A stretch of DNA of 64,000 bases from a bacterium (GTDB lineage Bacteria > SM23-31): contig OZ252239.1 in assembly GCA_965249485.1 (NCBI GenBank), forward strand, positions 1,152,001 to 1,216,000. Direction: 5' to 3'. Shown piece after piece: positions 11,196-21,536 of the stretch. Each line of letters begins with the position of its first letter. The stretch's first letter is position 1. The notes below the pieces were generated by a model. It worked only from the letters and a program-made list of their open reading frames with translations. It searched no databases and was not told the DNA's origin. The translations under genes and the position numbers were made by a program.

Positions 11196-13931
11196 ATGGC
11201 GGAACAAGAAGGAAAAAAACTAGGTAAATGGCTCATCCAACTCAGTATCGGCATTGTTATTGCCGTATCGATTATAGGTATTAGCTGGATATCGAAGAGA
11301 ACGGAAGCGTTCCCCTTTTTTGAATTAATCGAACTGAGACTCCTCGATCAACGGTTTTTGATTAGAGGTTCTATTCCCATGAACCAGAATGTCGGAACGA
11401 TCGATATCGATGCGCTGACACTCGGTGTCGAAGGCCGGTTTCAGGATTGGACCAGGGATAAATATGCTGCTGTCATCGATGCACTCAGTACAATGAATGC
11501 CCGTATGATCGGATTTGATGTTTTTTTCCCTGAAGCGAGTGCATCTGAAATCATTAAAAAACAAGACTTGCTCGACGCTGAGGTTGAAACTATTGATGAT
11601 GTGCTCGGACTCTTTAAGGATTACGATGAGATTTTGCAAGAATCGATGCTCAAAGCGGGAAATGTATTTCTCGGCCAGGCTTTCGAGATTGCATTAAATC
11701 AGAATGATATTGAATGGATACGCGAAAACACAGCCGAAAAAGATGCAGATAAGCAAAGAACATTAGACTACCTGAAACCGTTTTCGAAGGATTATCCCGA
11801 CTGGCCGAACAGTAAATTAACCTTTTACACCGATATTGAACCACACCGTTCAATGCTTGTTGAATCCTCACGTGGAGTTGGGTACGCTATGACCGTTGCG
11901 GATATAGACGGATCAGTGAGACAGTACCCAGTTATACTGGTATACGATGGAAAAATATGGCCATCACTTGCGCTTGTGATGATACTCGATTATATCGGAG
12001 CGCGGTTTGAAGATGTCGATATAATACCTGGTAAAGAAGTGATCTTGCCGCCCGGTAAACTGCCCGATGGCACGGAAGTGAATATTCGTATTCCGATTAA
12101 TGACAAAGGGTTAATGCTTGTTAACTGGGCAGGTGATTACTTGGATGAGCAATTTATTCATATTCCGCATATTGCTCTTGTGACGAACCAGACTGCCTGG
12201 AGACAAGCCGAAATAGCCGGTATTATTAAAAAGATCTTTTTGGAACTACCGGATGCAGTGAGTGATCCGTCGATATTTATCGAAGAATTTCAGAAAAGTG
12301 GTCTGCCGTTGACCGATGAAGTTGAGTCAGTATTCACGCTGATGCGGTGGGGAAAAATGTTCGAACAGGCTATTGAAGAGGATATGGTTGTCGATGCTGC
12401 AGATTTTCCGGAAGATATTTATAATTTTTACCTCGAACTTGCACGGAACCATAAAATGGCACAGGCATTTGAAGAAAATCCCGCCATTACATTTGAGGAA
12501 ATTAAGGATTCAATTGATGAACGAAATGAGGATGAGATCAGGGGCGGCTATTATGTATTAAAAGATATATATGAACGTGGGGGACTGCAACCCGAAGATT
12601 ATCCGCTCTATTTTTACGAAAGGGAAGTAAATGGTAAAATTCTGCGCAGGGAAGACATCGAAGACAAAGTTTTTATTTACGGATTAACTGCCGCTGGAAC
12701 ACACGATCTGAATCCGATGCCCTACAACCGGCGGTATCCGATGGTCGGGCTCTATGCGAATATTTTTAACACAATTATCTCCCAGAATTTTCTTGATCGG
12801 ATTCCGTTCAGAATAAATGCTCTTATTTCTCTGATACTCGGATTATTGACAGGAATATTTGTCCCGAAGTTTAAACCACTCACCGGAGCACTGCTCATTC
12901 TTGCAGCTCTTGCTGGATTTCTCGTTACTGCTCAGTACCTTTTTCAGGAATCGGGATTATGGATCGATGTCTTTGGCCCTGTTCTGGTCATCGCATTCGG
13001 CTATGCATCAATCACCGTTTACAGCTTCTTCTCCGAGGAAAAAGAGAAAAAGATGATCAGAGGGATTTTTTCACGATATGTAACCAAGTCAGTCGTCGAT
13101 GAATTAATCCAGAATCCCGAAATGGTGAAACTTGGTGGTGAAAAGAAGATTCTGACTGTTTTCTTTTCGGATGTTGCAGGATTTACCTCATTATCAGAGA
13201 TTTTGACTCCGGAAGACCTTGTATCACTGCTGAATGAATATTTGACAGCGATGGCCAATATTATTTTACAATATGACGGCATGGTTGACAAATACGAAGG
13301 TGATGCAATCATGGCGGTCTTCGGTACACCAATATTTTTTGAAAATCACGCTATCAGAGCGTGTTATGTTTCTTTGGAAATGCAGGTTGAACTGCAACGG
13401 CTGCGAGATCAATGGAAAGCGGAGGGGAAGCCCGAATTATATGTACGGATTGGCCTGAACACCGGACCGATGGTTGCCGGAAATATGGGTTCAGTGGACA
13501 GGCTCGATTACACGGTGATGGGGGATAGTGTTAACTTGGGATCACGGCTCGAAGGGGCAAATAAACAGTATAACACCTACATAATGATAAGTGAGTTTAC
13601 ACTTGAAGCGGCAAAAGATGCAATTGAAGTCCGGTTTCTCGATTCACTCAAGGTAAAAGGGAAGCAGCAGCCAGTCAAGGTATATGAACTCCTCGGTCGG
13701 AAAGACAACGGTCTTCCTGATGATATGATAAAAGTAAAAGACCTGTACGAACGTGGCATCGAAAAATATCTTTCTCAGGATTGGGATAGTGGGATGGAAT
13801 TATTCAAACAGGCACTGTCGGTATTGCCGGATGACGGTCCGTCAACCGTTTATATTGAGCGGTGTCAGGCATATAAGGAAAATCCACCTCCCAAAGATTG
13901 GGACGGTGTCTTTACAATGGTGACGAAATAA
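11196..13931 (+). CDS. CHASE2-domain class III adenylate cyclase (membrane-anchored)
   Basis: N-terminal TM, CHASE2 motifs (IDID, GFDVFF, DIDGSVR, PSLAL), three further TMs, then cyclase motifs FSDVAGFT, DKYEGDAIMA and YTVMGDSVNLGSRLEG. C-terminal PPKDWDG. Confidence 0.93.
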   Translation: MAEQEGKKLGKWLIQLSIGIVIAVSIIGISWISKRTEAFPFFELIELRLLDQRFLIRGSIPMNQNVGTIDIDALTLGVEGRFQDWTRDKYAAVIDALSTMNARMIGFDVFFPEASASEIIKKQDLLDAEVETIDDVLGLFKDYDEILQESMLKAGNVFLGQAFEIALNQNDIEWIRENTAEKDADKQRTLDYLKPFSKDYPDWPNSKLTFYTDIEPHRSMLVESSRGVGYAMTVADIDGSVRQYPVILVYDGKIWPSLALVMILDYIGARFEDVDIIPGKEVILPPGKLPDGTEVNIRIPINDKGLMLVNWAGDYLDEQFIHIPHIALVTNQTAWRQAEIAGIIKKIFLELPDAVSDPSIFIEEFQKSGLPLTDEVESVFTLMRWGKMFEQAIEEDMVVDAADFPEDIYNFYLELARNHKMAQAFEENPAITFEEIKDSIDERNEDEIRGGYYVLKDIYERGGLQPEDYPLYFYEREVNGKILRREDIEDKVFIYGLTAAGTHDLNPMPYNRRYPMVGLYANIFNTIISQNFLDRIPFRINALISLILGLLTGIFVPKFKPLTGALLILAALAGFLVTAQYLFQESGLWIDVFGPVLVIAFGYASITVYSFFSEEKEKKMIRGIFSRYVTKSVVDELIQNPEMVKLGGEKKILTVFFSDVAGFTSLSEILTPEDLVSLLNEYLTAMANIILQYDGMVDKYEGDAIMAVFGTPIFFENHAIRACYVSLEMQVELQRLRDQWKAEGKPELYVRIGLNTGPMVAGNMGSVDRLDYTVMGDSVNLGSRLEGANKQYNTYIMISEFTLEAAKDAIEVRFLDSLKVKGKQQPVKVYELLGRKDNGLPDDMIKVKDLYERGIEKYLSQDWDSGMELFKQALSVLPDDGPSTVYIERCQAYKENPPPKDWDGVFTMVTK

Positions 13932-13979
13932 TTTTCATAAATGATACCGTCTTGCAGTATCATATATACTATTGCATAT

Positions 13980-14015
13980 AAAAAAAGAGGCTCATTTCGA
14001 GGAGTCTCTTTTTTT
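13980..14015. terminator. Bidirectional terminator between the convergent cyclase gene and rplI
   Basis: A-tract-GAGGCTC...GAGTCTC-T-tract. Confidence 0.7.
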
Positions 14016-14038
14016 ATAGAAAATTGTTAGGTTACGGT

Positions 14039-14482
14039 TTAACCCTTAACAACCCAGAGCTTTATTTTTGCAGCGACTGCCGGATGGAGTTGAATTGTTA
14101 CAGTGTAAATCCCGAGCGCTTTAACGGGTTCATCAATCGAGATGAATTTTTTATCGATGATGAAGTTTTTTTCTTTCAAAAGGTCAGCAACATTCTGGCT
14201 CGTTACCGTACCAAAAATTCGGTCATCTTCGCCAACAGTTACCGTTGCTGTAACGGATACTTTCTCAAGATTTACTTTGATTTTTTCAGCCCCGACCTCT
14301 TCACGTTTTTCCTTCATTTCTACCTGTTTATGCTCTTCTTCAAGGACTTTCTTATTGCCCTTCGTCAACGGAAGAGCAATGCTTTTCGGCAACAGAAAAT
14401 TCCGGGCAAAACCGGGCTTAACATCAACAACATCACCCCGGGATCCGAGTGATTCATAATCCTGACGTAATAGTACTTTCAT
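14039..14482 (-). CDS. rplI: 50S ribosomal protein L9
   Basis: MKVLLRQD..LG..G..V.VKPGFARNFLLP; IFGTVT. Confidence 0.97.
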   Translation of the reverse strand: MKVLLRQDYESLGSRGDVVDVKPGFARNFLLPKSIALPLTKGNKKVLEEEHKQVEMKEKREEVGAEKIKVNLEKVSVTATVTVGEDDRIFGTVTSQNVADLLKEKNFIIDKKFISIDEPVKALGIYTVTIQLHPAVAAKIKLWVVKG

Positions 14483-14577
14483 ACAATATTATCCTTTATT
14501 TACCATGATTTCATCTGTTTACACCGGGAGTACGTTGTACTCGAACGGCTTTACAAGAAAACCACATTGTGAGACAA

Positions 14578-14808
14578 CTATCGTGCAATATCTGAAATAT
14601 AGGGAATTATTGCTAATTGTCTGGCGCGTTTAATAGACCGAACCAGCATGCGCTGATGTTTCGCACAGGTGCCCGAAATACGCCGCGGAATGATTTTTCC
14701 CTGCTCTGACGTAAACCGTGAGAGTCTTTTTTCATCTTTATAGTCGATATACGTCTCTTTATGCTCACAAAATCTGCAGATTCTCGCCATATGCTTAATA
14801 TTTTTCAC
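14578..14808 (-). CDS. rpsR: 30S ribosomal protein S18 (zinc-binding form)
   Basis: CRFC...IDYKD...[17 protein letters not shown]...IKRAR. Confidence 0.97.
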   Translation of the reverse strand: MKNIKHMARICRFCEHKETYIDYKDEKRLSRFTSEQGKIIPRRISGTCAKHQRMLVRSIKRARQLAIIPYISDIAR

Positions 14809-14901
14809 GGAATCAGCTCCTTTTCATCATATTGCTTGCACGACGACTCCTACATTCGAAGCCAAACTGAGGATATATTCGTGCAAATCAATGGTTCCGT
14901 T

Positions 14902-15345
14902 TTACAGGGAGAGGTTCGCCAGAGGTTCGTCATCTGAAAAGTCATCATCTGGAAAATTGTGTGTCTTGCTGTCATCTTCCGAGATAATTTCCAGTTTCGA
15001 CTTCTCATTGAGAAATTGAATCCGCTTTGCTTTAATTTCAACAACAGAACGGTTGATTCCGGTATCAAGCTTCCAGTTTTTGCTCTGAAGTTCACCCTCA
15101 ACCAGAATAGCACTTCCCTTCGCGAGATTTTAGTAACAGCTCTCAGCAAGTTTATGCCATGAAACTATCCCTACATAACAAACTTCCTCCCGCCATACAC
15201 CGCCGTTATCTTTATACTTCCTGCTGTAAGCGATCGGGAAATTCACAACGGGTGTTCTGTTTAATGTTGTTCGTAAAGTCGGATCACGTGTCAGGTTGCC
15301 TGCTATTGTTATAGAGTTAATATCGGGCATTTTCAAATCAGCCAT
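14902..15345 (-). pseudogene. ssb: Single-stranded DNA-binding protein with an in-frame TAA at 15130-15132 (real lesion or sequencing error)
   Basis: N..IAGNLTRDP...W.KLAESCY*NLAKGSAILVEGELQS..W...SVVEIKA.RIQFL reads through in the same frame to an acidic tail ending at TAA 14902-14904. Conserved rpsF-ssb-rpsR order. Confidence 0.9.
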
Positions 15346-15598
15346 GGTATTTTCTCTCTAATCATAAGTGTGCGCGAAAAAATCTAAACAATTATTGCTG
15401 CATTATTAACTAATGAATACAATAATTATTTATGCATACACAAATAATACAGAACAACATAAGGATTATTCAATTTATTTTTGATATACAACCATTAACA
15501 TATTAATGATTATAAATACAAATCCCCGTGTGCTCGGCAATTCCCTGACGTTTCTCTTTAAACCTCCCTCAAGAAAACATTAATTCTTTATTTAATAA

Positions 15599-16336
15599 CT
15601 ATTCCTGACCGGATTCATCGGTCTTCTTTTCGTCATTTTTTTCCGCATCATCTCCGTCCGATGCATCCTGGGAAGTTGCCTCTTCTGTTTCAATTCCATC
15701 GTCGGCGGATTGTTCCTCTTCAGTATCTACTGTTGCATCTTCCGGTTTATAATCACTATCTGATGATGCTTCTTCTTGAGCAGTTTCACTATCTAAATCG
15801 CTGGCTTTTGAGTCAGATTCAGTTTCAGTCTCTACTATCGGCTCAGATGAATCAGGTGTAGCACTTTCGACGTTTTCATCATCATCTTCTTTACTATCTG
15901 CAGTTTCTTGCTCTGTAGCTTCTTCTACTGTCGCAACTGTTTCTTGTTTCGCAACTGTGGATGCCTTTTGTTTCTCTGCAGCCTGCTCCGCTTCCTCTTT
16001 TGCCTTATTAGCATCGTAGTCTTTCTTACGCTGCTCTGCAAGTAACATTTTTTTGTCTTTATGGAGTGTCATAAACCGCAAGATATGCTCATTTAAGCGG
16101 TACTCTCGTTCCAATTCGTTGACGAGATCTGATGAAGCCTCGAAATCAAAAATTATGTAGTATCCATACTGAAACTTCTTAATGGGGTATGCCAATCGGC
16201 GTTTACCCCACCGGTTTGTCGACCGGAGCGTACCATCTTTTTTCTTAATTAATTCCTCATAACGGCCGACGATTCGGTCCAAAGTTTCCTCGTTCAGTGA
16301 AGAATTGACAATAATTATCGACTCGTAAATTTTCAT
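15599..16336 (-). CDS. rpsF: 30S ribosomal protein S6 with a long acidic C-terminal extension
   Basis: YESIII...WGKRRLAYPIKK..GYY...LRF core of about 95 aa, plus about 150 aa of E/D/A/S/T-rich tail. Confidence 0.95.
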   Translation of the reverse strand: MKIYESIIIVNSSLNEETLDRIVGRYEELIKKKDGTLRSTNRWGKRRLAYPIKKFQYGYYIIFDFEASSDLVNELEREYRLNEHILRFMTLHKDKKMLLAEQRKKDYDANKAKEEAEQAAEKQKASTVAKQETVATVEEATEQETADSKEDDDENVESATPDSSEPIVETETESDSKASDLDSETAQEEASSDSDYKPEDATVDTEEEQSADDGIETEEATSQDASDGDDAEKNDEKKTDESGQE

Positions 16337-16372
16337 AAAAACTCCGTTATCTAAATAAAATGTGTACTATAA

Positions 16373-18361
16373 CTATTTAATAAGTGGTGCTATAACAAGC
16401 GAAACCACCGATGTCAATTTAATTAAGATATTCATAGATGGCCCGGATGTATCTTTAAACGGATCACCAACGGTATCACCGGTAACAGCAGCTTTATGCG
16501 CTTCGCTGCCCTTGCCACCAAGATTGCCTTGCTCAATATATTTTTTAGCATTATCCCAGGCACCACCGCCATTTGCCATAAGGAGCGCCATTAAAACGCC
16601 GCTCAATGTTGCACCGGCAAGCATACCTCCTAGAGCAGCTTTACCCATAGTGAATCCAACAATGACCGGCATAATCACTGCGACGATGCCGGGAATGATC
16701 ATCTCTTTAAGTGCCGCAGTTGTGCTGATATCGACACACCGTGCAGAATCGGGTTTTGCCGTTCCCTCCATGATTCCTTTGATTTCTCTAAACTGACGGC
16801 GAACTTCTTCAACCATTTTCTGTGCTGCACGCCCGACGGCCGCCATGGTGGTGGCTGCAATGAAAAAAGGAATCACACCACCGATAAAAAGCCCAATAAC
16901 AACCATATGGTTCTTAAGATCGATCACATCAATATCGGCTGCAACACCATAAGCGGAAAAGAGTGCAAGTGCGGTCAGAGCAGCAGAACCGATTGCAAAA
17001 CCTTTACCCATTGCTGCAGTTGTGTTGCCGAGTGAATCAAGGCTATCGGTTATTTTACGAATTTCATCACCAAGCTTAGCCATCTCCGTAATACCTCCGG
17101 CGTTATCAGCTATAGGTCCATATGCGTCAACCGACATGGTAATACCGACAGTTGCGAGCATGCCGACAGCAGCGATACCGATGCCGTAGAGGCCGGCAAA
17201 CTGGTGACCAAAATAAATTGCTGCACAAATAGTGAGCACAGGTGCCATGCAGCTTTCAAGTCCGATTGCAAAACCAGTTATAATGTTGGTTGCCGGACCG
17301 GTAGAACTTGCTTCTGCAATTTTCACAATCGGTTTACCGGACGTGTAATATTCGGTAAAAAGTCCGATAATAATACCGGCAAGAGAACCCGAAACGATTG
17401 CCCAGATAGTCTCAGACGGCAGCCTGAGTGCAGTAATTGCACCATAGGATCCGATCATCATGAGAACGGCAGCAAATATTGACGAGTAGCGGAGTATTGC
17501 AGCGGGGTCCATATTGCGGAGCACACGGACCGCAATAACACCCAGTAGTGACGTAATGAGTCCGATTACTGCTACCAGCACCGGAAGAAACATCCAGTTC
17601 AATGCATCGCCGCCGAAACTGGTCGCCGCATAGGCACCGAGGGCGATTGTTGCTATGACTGAACCGACATACGATTCAAAAATATCCGCGCCCATTCCAG
17701 CGACATCACCGACATTATCGCCCACATTATCTGCGATAGTAGCCGGGTTACGGGGATCGTCTTCCGGAATTCCGGCTTCAACTTTACCCACAAGATCGGC
17801 GCCGACATCCGCGGCTTTGGTGAAAATACCGCCCCCGACCCTGGCAAAGAGTGCAATCGAACTTGCGCCCATTGCAAAACCGCTTAACGAGTCAATATGG
17901 ATAATTCCAATTTTGTATAAAACAAAAAGAGATCCGAAACCGACAAGTCCGAGACTTGCAACAGACAGTCCCATTACCGCTCCGCCGTTGAATGCGACAA
18001 GCAGCGCTTTTCCCTGCCCACTCTCCTTGGCGGCCTGCGATGTCCGAACGTTAGCAATAGTTGCTGCTTGCATACCAAACAGACCGCAGATCAGCGAGCA
18101 GAGTGCTCCCGCGAGAAAGGCGAAAGCAGTTGCCTTATAAGGCATAAAGAAAAAGAGCAGGAAGAAAACAATGATAATAAATACAGATAGGATTTTGTAT
18201 TCCCGTTTCAGAAATACCATTGCGCCTTCATGAATTCTATCGGCAAGTTCACGCATCAATTCTGATCCGGGAGACATTTTCTTGATTGATATATAGAATG
18301 TGACTGCAATCAGAAGCCCCAGTACTCCAATTACAGGCGCAAATATCATCACATTATCCAT
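16373..18361 (-). CDS. hppA: Membrane-bound ion-translocating pyrophosphatase (K+-dependent type, likely Na+-PPase)
   Basis: [29 protein letters not shown] (Ala at the K+-dependence site), [11 protein letters not shown]. Confidence 0.96.
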   Translation of the reverse strand: MDNVMIFAPVIGVLGLLIAVTFYISIKKMSPGSELMRELADRIHEGAMVFLKREYKILSVFIIIVFFLLFFFMPYKATAFAFLAGALCSLICGLFGMQAATIANVRTSQAAKESGQGKALLVAFNGGAVMGLSVASLGLVGFGSLFVLYKIGIIHIDSLSGFAMGASSIALFARVGGGIFTKAADVGADLVGKVEAGIPEDDPRNPATIADNVGDNVGDVAGMGADIFESYVGSVIATIALGAYAATSFGGDALNWMFLPVLVAVIGLITSLLGVIAVRVLRNMDPAAILRYSSIFAAVLMMIGSYGAITALRLPSETIWAIVSGSLAGIIIGLFTEYYTSGKPIVKIAEASSTGPATNIITGFAIGLESCMAPVLTICAAIYFGHQFAGLYGIGIAAVGMLATVGITMSVDAYGPIADNAGGITEMAKLGDEIRKITDSLDSLGNTTAAMGKGFAIGSAALTALALFSAYGVAADIDVIDLKNHMVVIGLFIGGVIPFFIAATTMAAVGRAAQKMVEEVRRQFREIKGIMEGTAKPDSARCVDISTTAALKEMIIPGIVAVIMPVIVGFTMGKAALGGMLAGATLSGVLMALLMANGGGAWDNAKKYIEQGNLGGKGSEAHKAAVTGDTVGDPFKDTSGPSMNILIKLTSVVSLVIAPLIK

Positions 18362-18435
18362 TATTCAGTCTCCACAATATAGGTTAACATACTATAATCA
18401 TATATTTACATTCGTATAAATAAAATTCGTAGCGA

Positions 18436-19011
18436 TCACAATTCTAGGTGATTACCATTAAACGTGTTCATGGTTTTTTCTATACCATCGGAAAACCAAC
18501 TCATAACAGAATCTTCTGCACGTCCGAGCAGCATTTCTAATTGCTGCCGCTCTCTGCGCGTAAAATTCGACAGCACGTATGAACTCGCATTCGCAATTGC
18601 CGGTCTGTTACGGATACCAAACCGGAACCGAGGAATCTCATCAGTGCCGAGTTCTGAAATTATCGATTTCATGCCCCTGTTTCCGGCATCTTTACCACGT
18701 GATCTGTACCGGAACGTACCGAAATCCAGATCGATATCATCAAGGACGATCAGCACATTACTTATAGGGAAATCGTAATATCTGGTAATTTCGCGTACGG
18801 CAATCCCGCTCCTGTTCATATAAGTGAGCGGTTTGACGAAAAACACTTTTTCTCCGCCAATAAATCCGTTAGCGGATAGAAATAACCCTTTTTTTTTCTC
18901 AAATGAGACGCCCATTGATTGGGCAAGTTTGTCGATTATCTGATATCCGACATTATGTCTGGTTAGGGAATAACGAGGTTCCGGATTTCCCAAACCCACG
19001 ATGCAGTGCAT
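18436..19011 (-). CDS. pth: Peptidyl-tRNA hydrolase
   Basis: IVGLGNP..Y..TRHNVG, KPLTYMNRSG. Start placed at MHCIVGLG just after rplY. Confidence 0.95.
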   Translation of the reverse strand: MHCIVGLGNPEPRYSLTRHNVGYQIIDKLAQSMGVSFEKKKGLFLSANGFIGGEKVFFVKPLTYMNRSGIAVREITRYYDFPISNVLIVLDDIDLDFGTFRYRSRGKDAGNRGMKSIISELGTDEIPRFRFGIRNRPAIANASSYVLSNFTRRERQQLEMLLGRAEDSVMSWFSDGIEKTMNTFNGNHLEL

Positions 19012-19012
19012 G

Positions 19013-19672
19013 TTATTCGCTTTCGCCGGCTTCCGCGCCTTCTTCGGCCTGATCATCTTCCGGAGCTGCCTCAGCATCTTCTTCAAGTTCTTCAGCCTCT
19101 TCATCCACAACCTCAGCAATAACAACGACTTTCGGCAGAATAACATTCAAAATCGGCACATCTCCACGGTTCAATATTCTGATGTTCTCCAACTCAAGAT
19201 CATCAATATGAAAAGATTCGCCGATTTCCATTTTTGATACATCTACAATGATACTTTCGGGAATATCCTTTGGCAGACATTCAATGTCAAGCTCACGAGT
19301 AATATTCTCCACAATTCCTCCGGTCTTAACGCCGACCGGAATACCTTCAAGATGTATCGGCACCGTGACGGTGATTTTTTCCCCTCGTTTGATCCCCATT
19401 AAGTCGAGGTGAGTTACCGTAGTAGAAATGGGATCCCGCTGAATATCACGAACAATTACCTCGCGGGTGTTTCCATTATCCATTTCGAGAGTAATGAGGG
19501 CAGGTTTTGAAGCAAGTGTAGCAGCAACTTCTTTTGCTACAAATGTGAGGGGCACAGCTTCTTCACCGCGGATATAAAAAATTCCCGGTATTTTGCCGTC
19601 CCGACGGAGCGATTTGGCATATCCTTTACCAGATTTGCTTCGGACTAAAGCCGAAAGTGTTTTTACCGACAT
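19013..19672 (-). CDS. rplY: 50S ribosomal protein L25/general stress protein Ctc
   Basis: GK...LRR.GKIPG.Y, QRDP..HLD, GVKTGG, acidic tail; prs-rplY-pth order. Confidence 0.95.
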   Translation of the reverse strand: MSVKTLSALVRSKSGKGYAKSLRRDGKIPGIFYIRGEEAVPLTFVAKEVAATLASKPALITLEMDNGNTREVIVRDIQRDPISTTVTHLDLMGIKRGEKITVTVPIHLEGIPVGVKTGGIVENITRELDIECLPKDIPESIIVDVSKMEIGESFHIDDLELENIRILNRGDVPILNVILPKVVVIAEVVDEEAEELEEDAEAAPEDDQAEEGAEAGESE

Positions 19673-19723
19673 GGTCTCACCTAAAATCTTTTTTTAATTA
19701 TTAGTTACCGAAAATTATCATAC

Positions 19724-20671
19724 TTAAACATCAAACATATCAAAAAGTGAACTGATAGATTCACCATTGTGGAGCCGCATAATTGCTTTTCCGAAGACAT
19801 TACCGACAGATACAACTTCAACCTTGTCGAACATCCTGCTATTAGACAAAGGGATTGTATCGGTAATAGTTATTTTGGTAAGCTCCGAGTTTTTGAGCCG
19901 GTCAATTGCATCTCCCGAAAATACAGGATGGGCACAACCGGCCTGAACACTCTTAACACCGGCATTAATCAACGCATTCGTTGCAGCAACAAGAGTCCCC
20001 GCAGTGTCGATCATGTCGTCGAGTATCAATATATTCTTCCCCTCGACTTCACCGATGATATGAATAATCTCAGACTTATTTGGTTCTGGTCTCCGCTTAT
20101 CCAGAATAGCAATCGGACACTGCATAAGCTTTGCATAAGCACGGGCAAGCCGGACAGATCCGATATCGGGCCCGACAATGACAAGATCTTCAATTTCCTG
20201 AGAACGATAATGTTCGAGCAGCACCATTGATGAATACAAATGGTCGACCGGAATATCAAAAAAGGCCTGAATCTGTGCCGAATGCAGGTCCATCGTTAAT
20301 ACCCGATCAGCGCCGGCAGTCTCAAGTAAGTCTGCGCAGAGTTTTGATGTAATCGGTACTCTGGGTTTATCTTTTCGATCTTGGCGCGCATACCCAAAAT
20401 AGGGGATTACGGCTGTAATTCTTCCTGCTGATGCACGTTTAGCGGCATCAAGCATTATCAAGAGCTCCATCCAGTTATCACCGGGTGGCTGGGTCGATTG
20501 AATTATAAAAACATCTGCACCACGAATGTTTTCTTCAATCTTTACCCGAATCTCTCCATCCGAATACTTGGAAACAAATGCATCGCTCAACGATAGATTG
20601 AGAGATGAAGCTATGTCTTCCGAAAGCGCTTTGTTCGAATTACCAGAAAATATTTTTAGATCGTACGACAT
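19724..20671 (-). CDS. prs: Ribose-phosphate pyrophosphokinase
   Basis: PYFGYARQDRK, DLHSAQIQ.FFD, DDMIDTAGT. Confidence 0.97.
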   Translation of the reverse strand: MSYDLKIFSGNSNKALSEDIASSLNLSLSDAFVSKYSDGEIRVKIEENIRGADVFIIQSTQPPGDNWMELLIMLDAAKRASAGRITAVIPYFGYARQDRKDKPRVPITSKLCADLLETAGADRVLTMDLHSAQIQAFFDIPVDHLYSSMVLLEHYRSQEIEDLVIVGPDIGSVRLARAYAKLMQCPIAILDKRRPEPNKSEIIHIIGEVEGKNILILDDMIDTAGTLVAATNALINAGVKSVQAGCAHPVFSGDAIDRLKNSELTKITITDTIPLSNSRMFDKVEVVSVGNVFGKAIMRLHNGESISSLFDMFDV

Positions 20672-20739
20672 GAAAAAAAACCGTGCTCACTCACTTGAAC
20701 TTTTTCGCTCTAACAAACGCTTTGCTGTGCCGGCAGTCG

Positions 20740-20811
20740 CTGGGGCGGGAGGATTCGAACCTCCGCATGCAGGATCCAAAACCCTGTGTCTTACCACTTG
20801 ACGACGCCCCA
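20740..20811 (-). tRNA. tRNA-Gln(UUG), CCA not encoded
   Basis: TGGGGCG acceptor stem pairs with CGCCCCA; D-loop AAGTGGTAA; anticodon arm CAGGG-TTTTGGA-TCCTG; T-loop GGTTCGAATCC. Usual position upstream of prs. Confidence 0.96.
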
Positions 20812-20933
20812 CCAAAATCAACACAAATCTTTGCGGTCAGAATACCCGAACTTATAACCAGTATAATAATTCCTAAAAAATCAAAAAAATGACACATAAA
20901 GTAGGTATATTCTTTTAAAAAATCAAGGGATAT

Positions 20934-21530
20934 TTATTGATAAAATCTACGGAATGTTTCTGTCCGAATAGCTTCGAGACTTGACCTGAATTCATTTTGC
21001 ATTACACGTTTGACGAGAAACCGGGGAGCAAAAAAGTTTGGTTTTACAACTGCTTCGTAAACGAGCTCGACAGATCCGGCATTTGAATGCGTTAATAAAC
21101 TCCACTGCCCCGAATAATAGTGGAAAGGGCCGTCAAGAATCTCAAACTGGAACGAATCCTGAGGGAATTCTTGAACTTTTAAGGTGACTTCGACGGTCTT
21201 CCCGAATATCAAGAAACGCATTTCCCCTTTTTGATAGATAACGACACTGTTGCCGCTCCTCGATATCTCTTGTGCATCGGTAACATTGGAGATAAATGAC
21301 TCGATTTCATTATAGTCTGTAATGACACTCCAGACATCATGCTGCGCTGAAGGGATAGTTACTTTTCCGTGAATATACGTTGAGCCGTCGAGTGTATCCT
21401 GCGTAAAAATTTCGACAGGAATATTCCAGTCAATCGTTGATTGAGTCTCTTGTGCAAATGATAACAACGGTATTAAAAGGAATAATGAGACAGGTAAGAA
21501 ATGTTGAACAGTTTTGCATATTGGATACAT
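20934..21530 (-). CDS. Exported SRPBCC/polyketide-cyclase-like (START-fold) protein
   Basis: Signal peptide; VWSVITDYN.I..F; GPF...G.W.L; pattern typical of Polyketide_cyc. Confidence 0.7.
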   Translation of the reverse strand: MYPICKTVQHFLPVSLFLLIPLLSFAQETQSTIDWNIPVEIFTQDTLDGSTYIHGKVTIPSAQHDVWSVITDYNEIESFISNVTDAQEISRSGNSVVIYQKGEMRFLIFGKTVEVTLKVQEFPQDSFQFEILDGPFHYYSGQWSLLTHSNAGSVELVYEAVVKPNFFAPRFLVKRVMQNEFRSSLEAIRTETFRRFYQ

Positions 21531-21536
21531 GATATT

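Noticed and set aside
14850..15149. 99-aa ORF downstream of the ssb fragment
   Set aside because: Out-of-frame shadow; the real ssb continues in the frame of 15130-15345.
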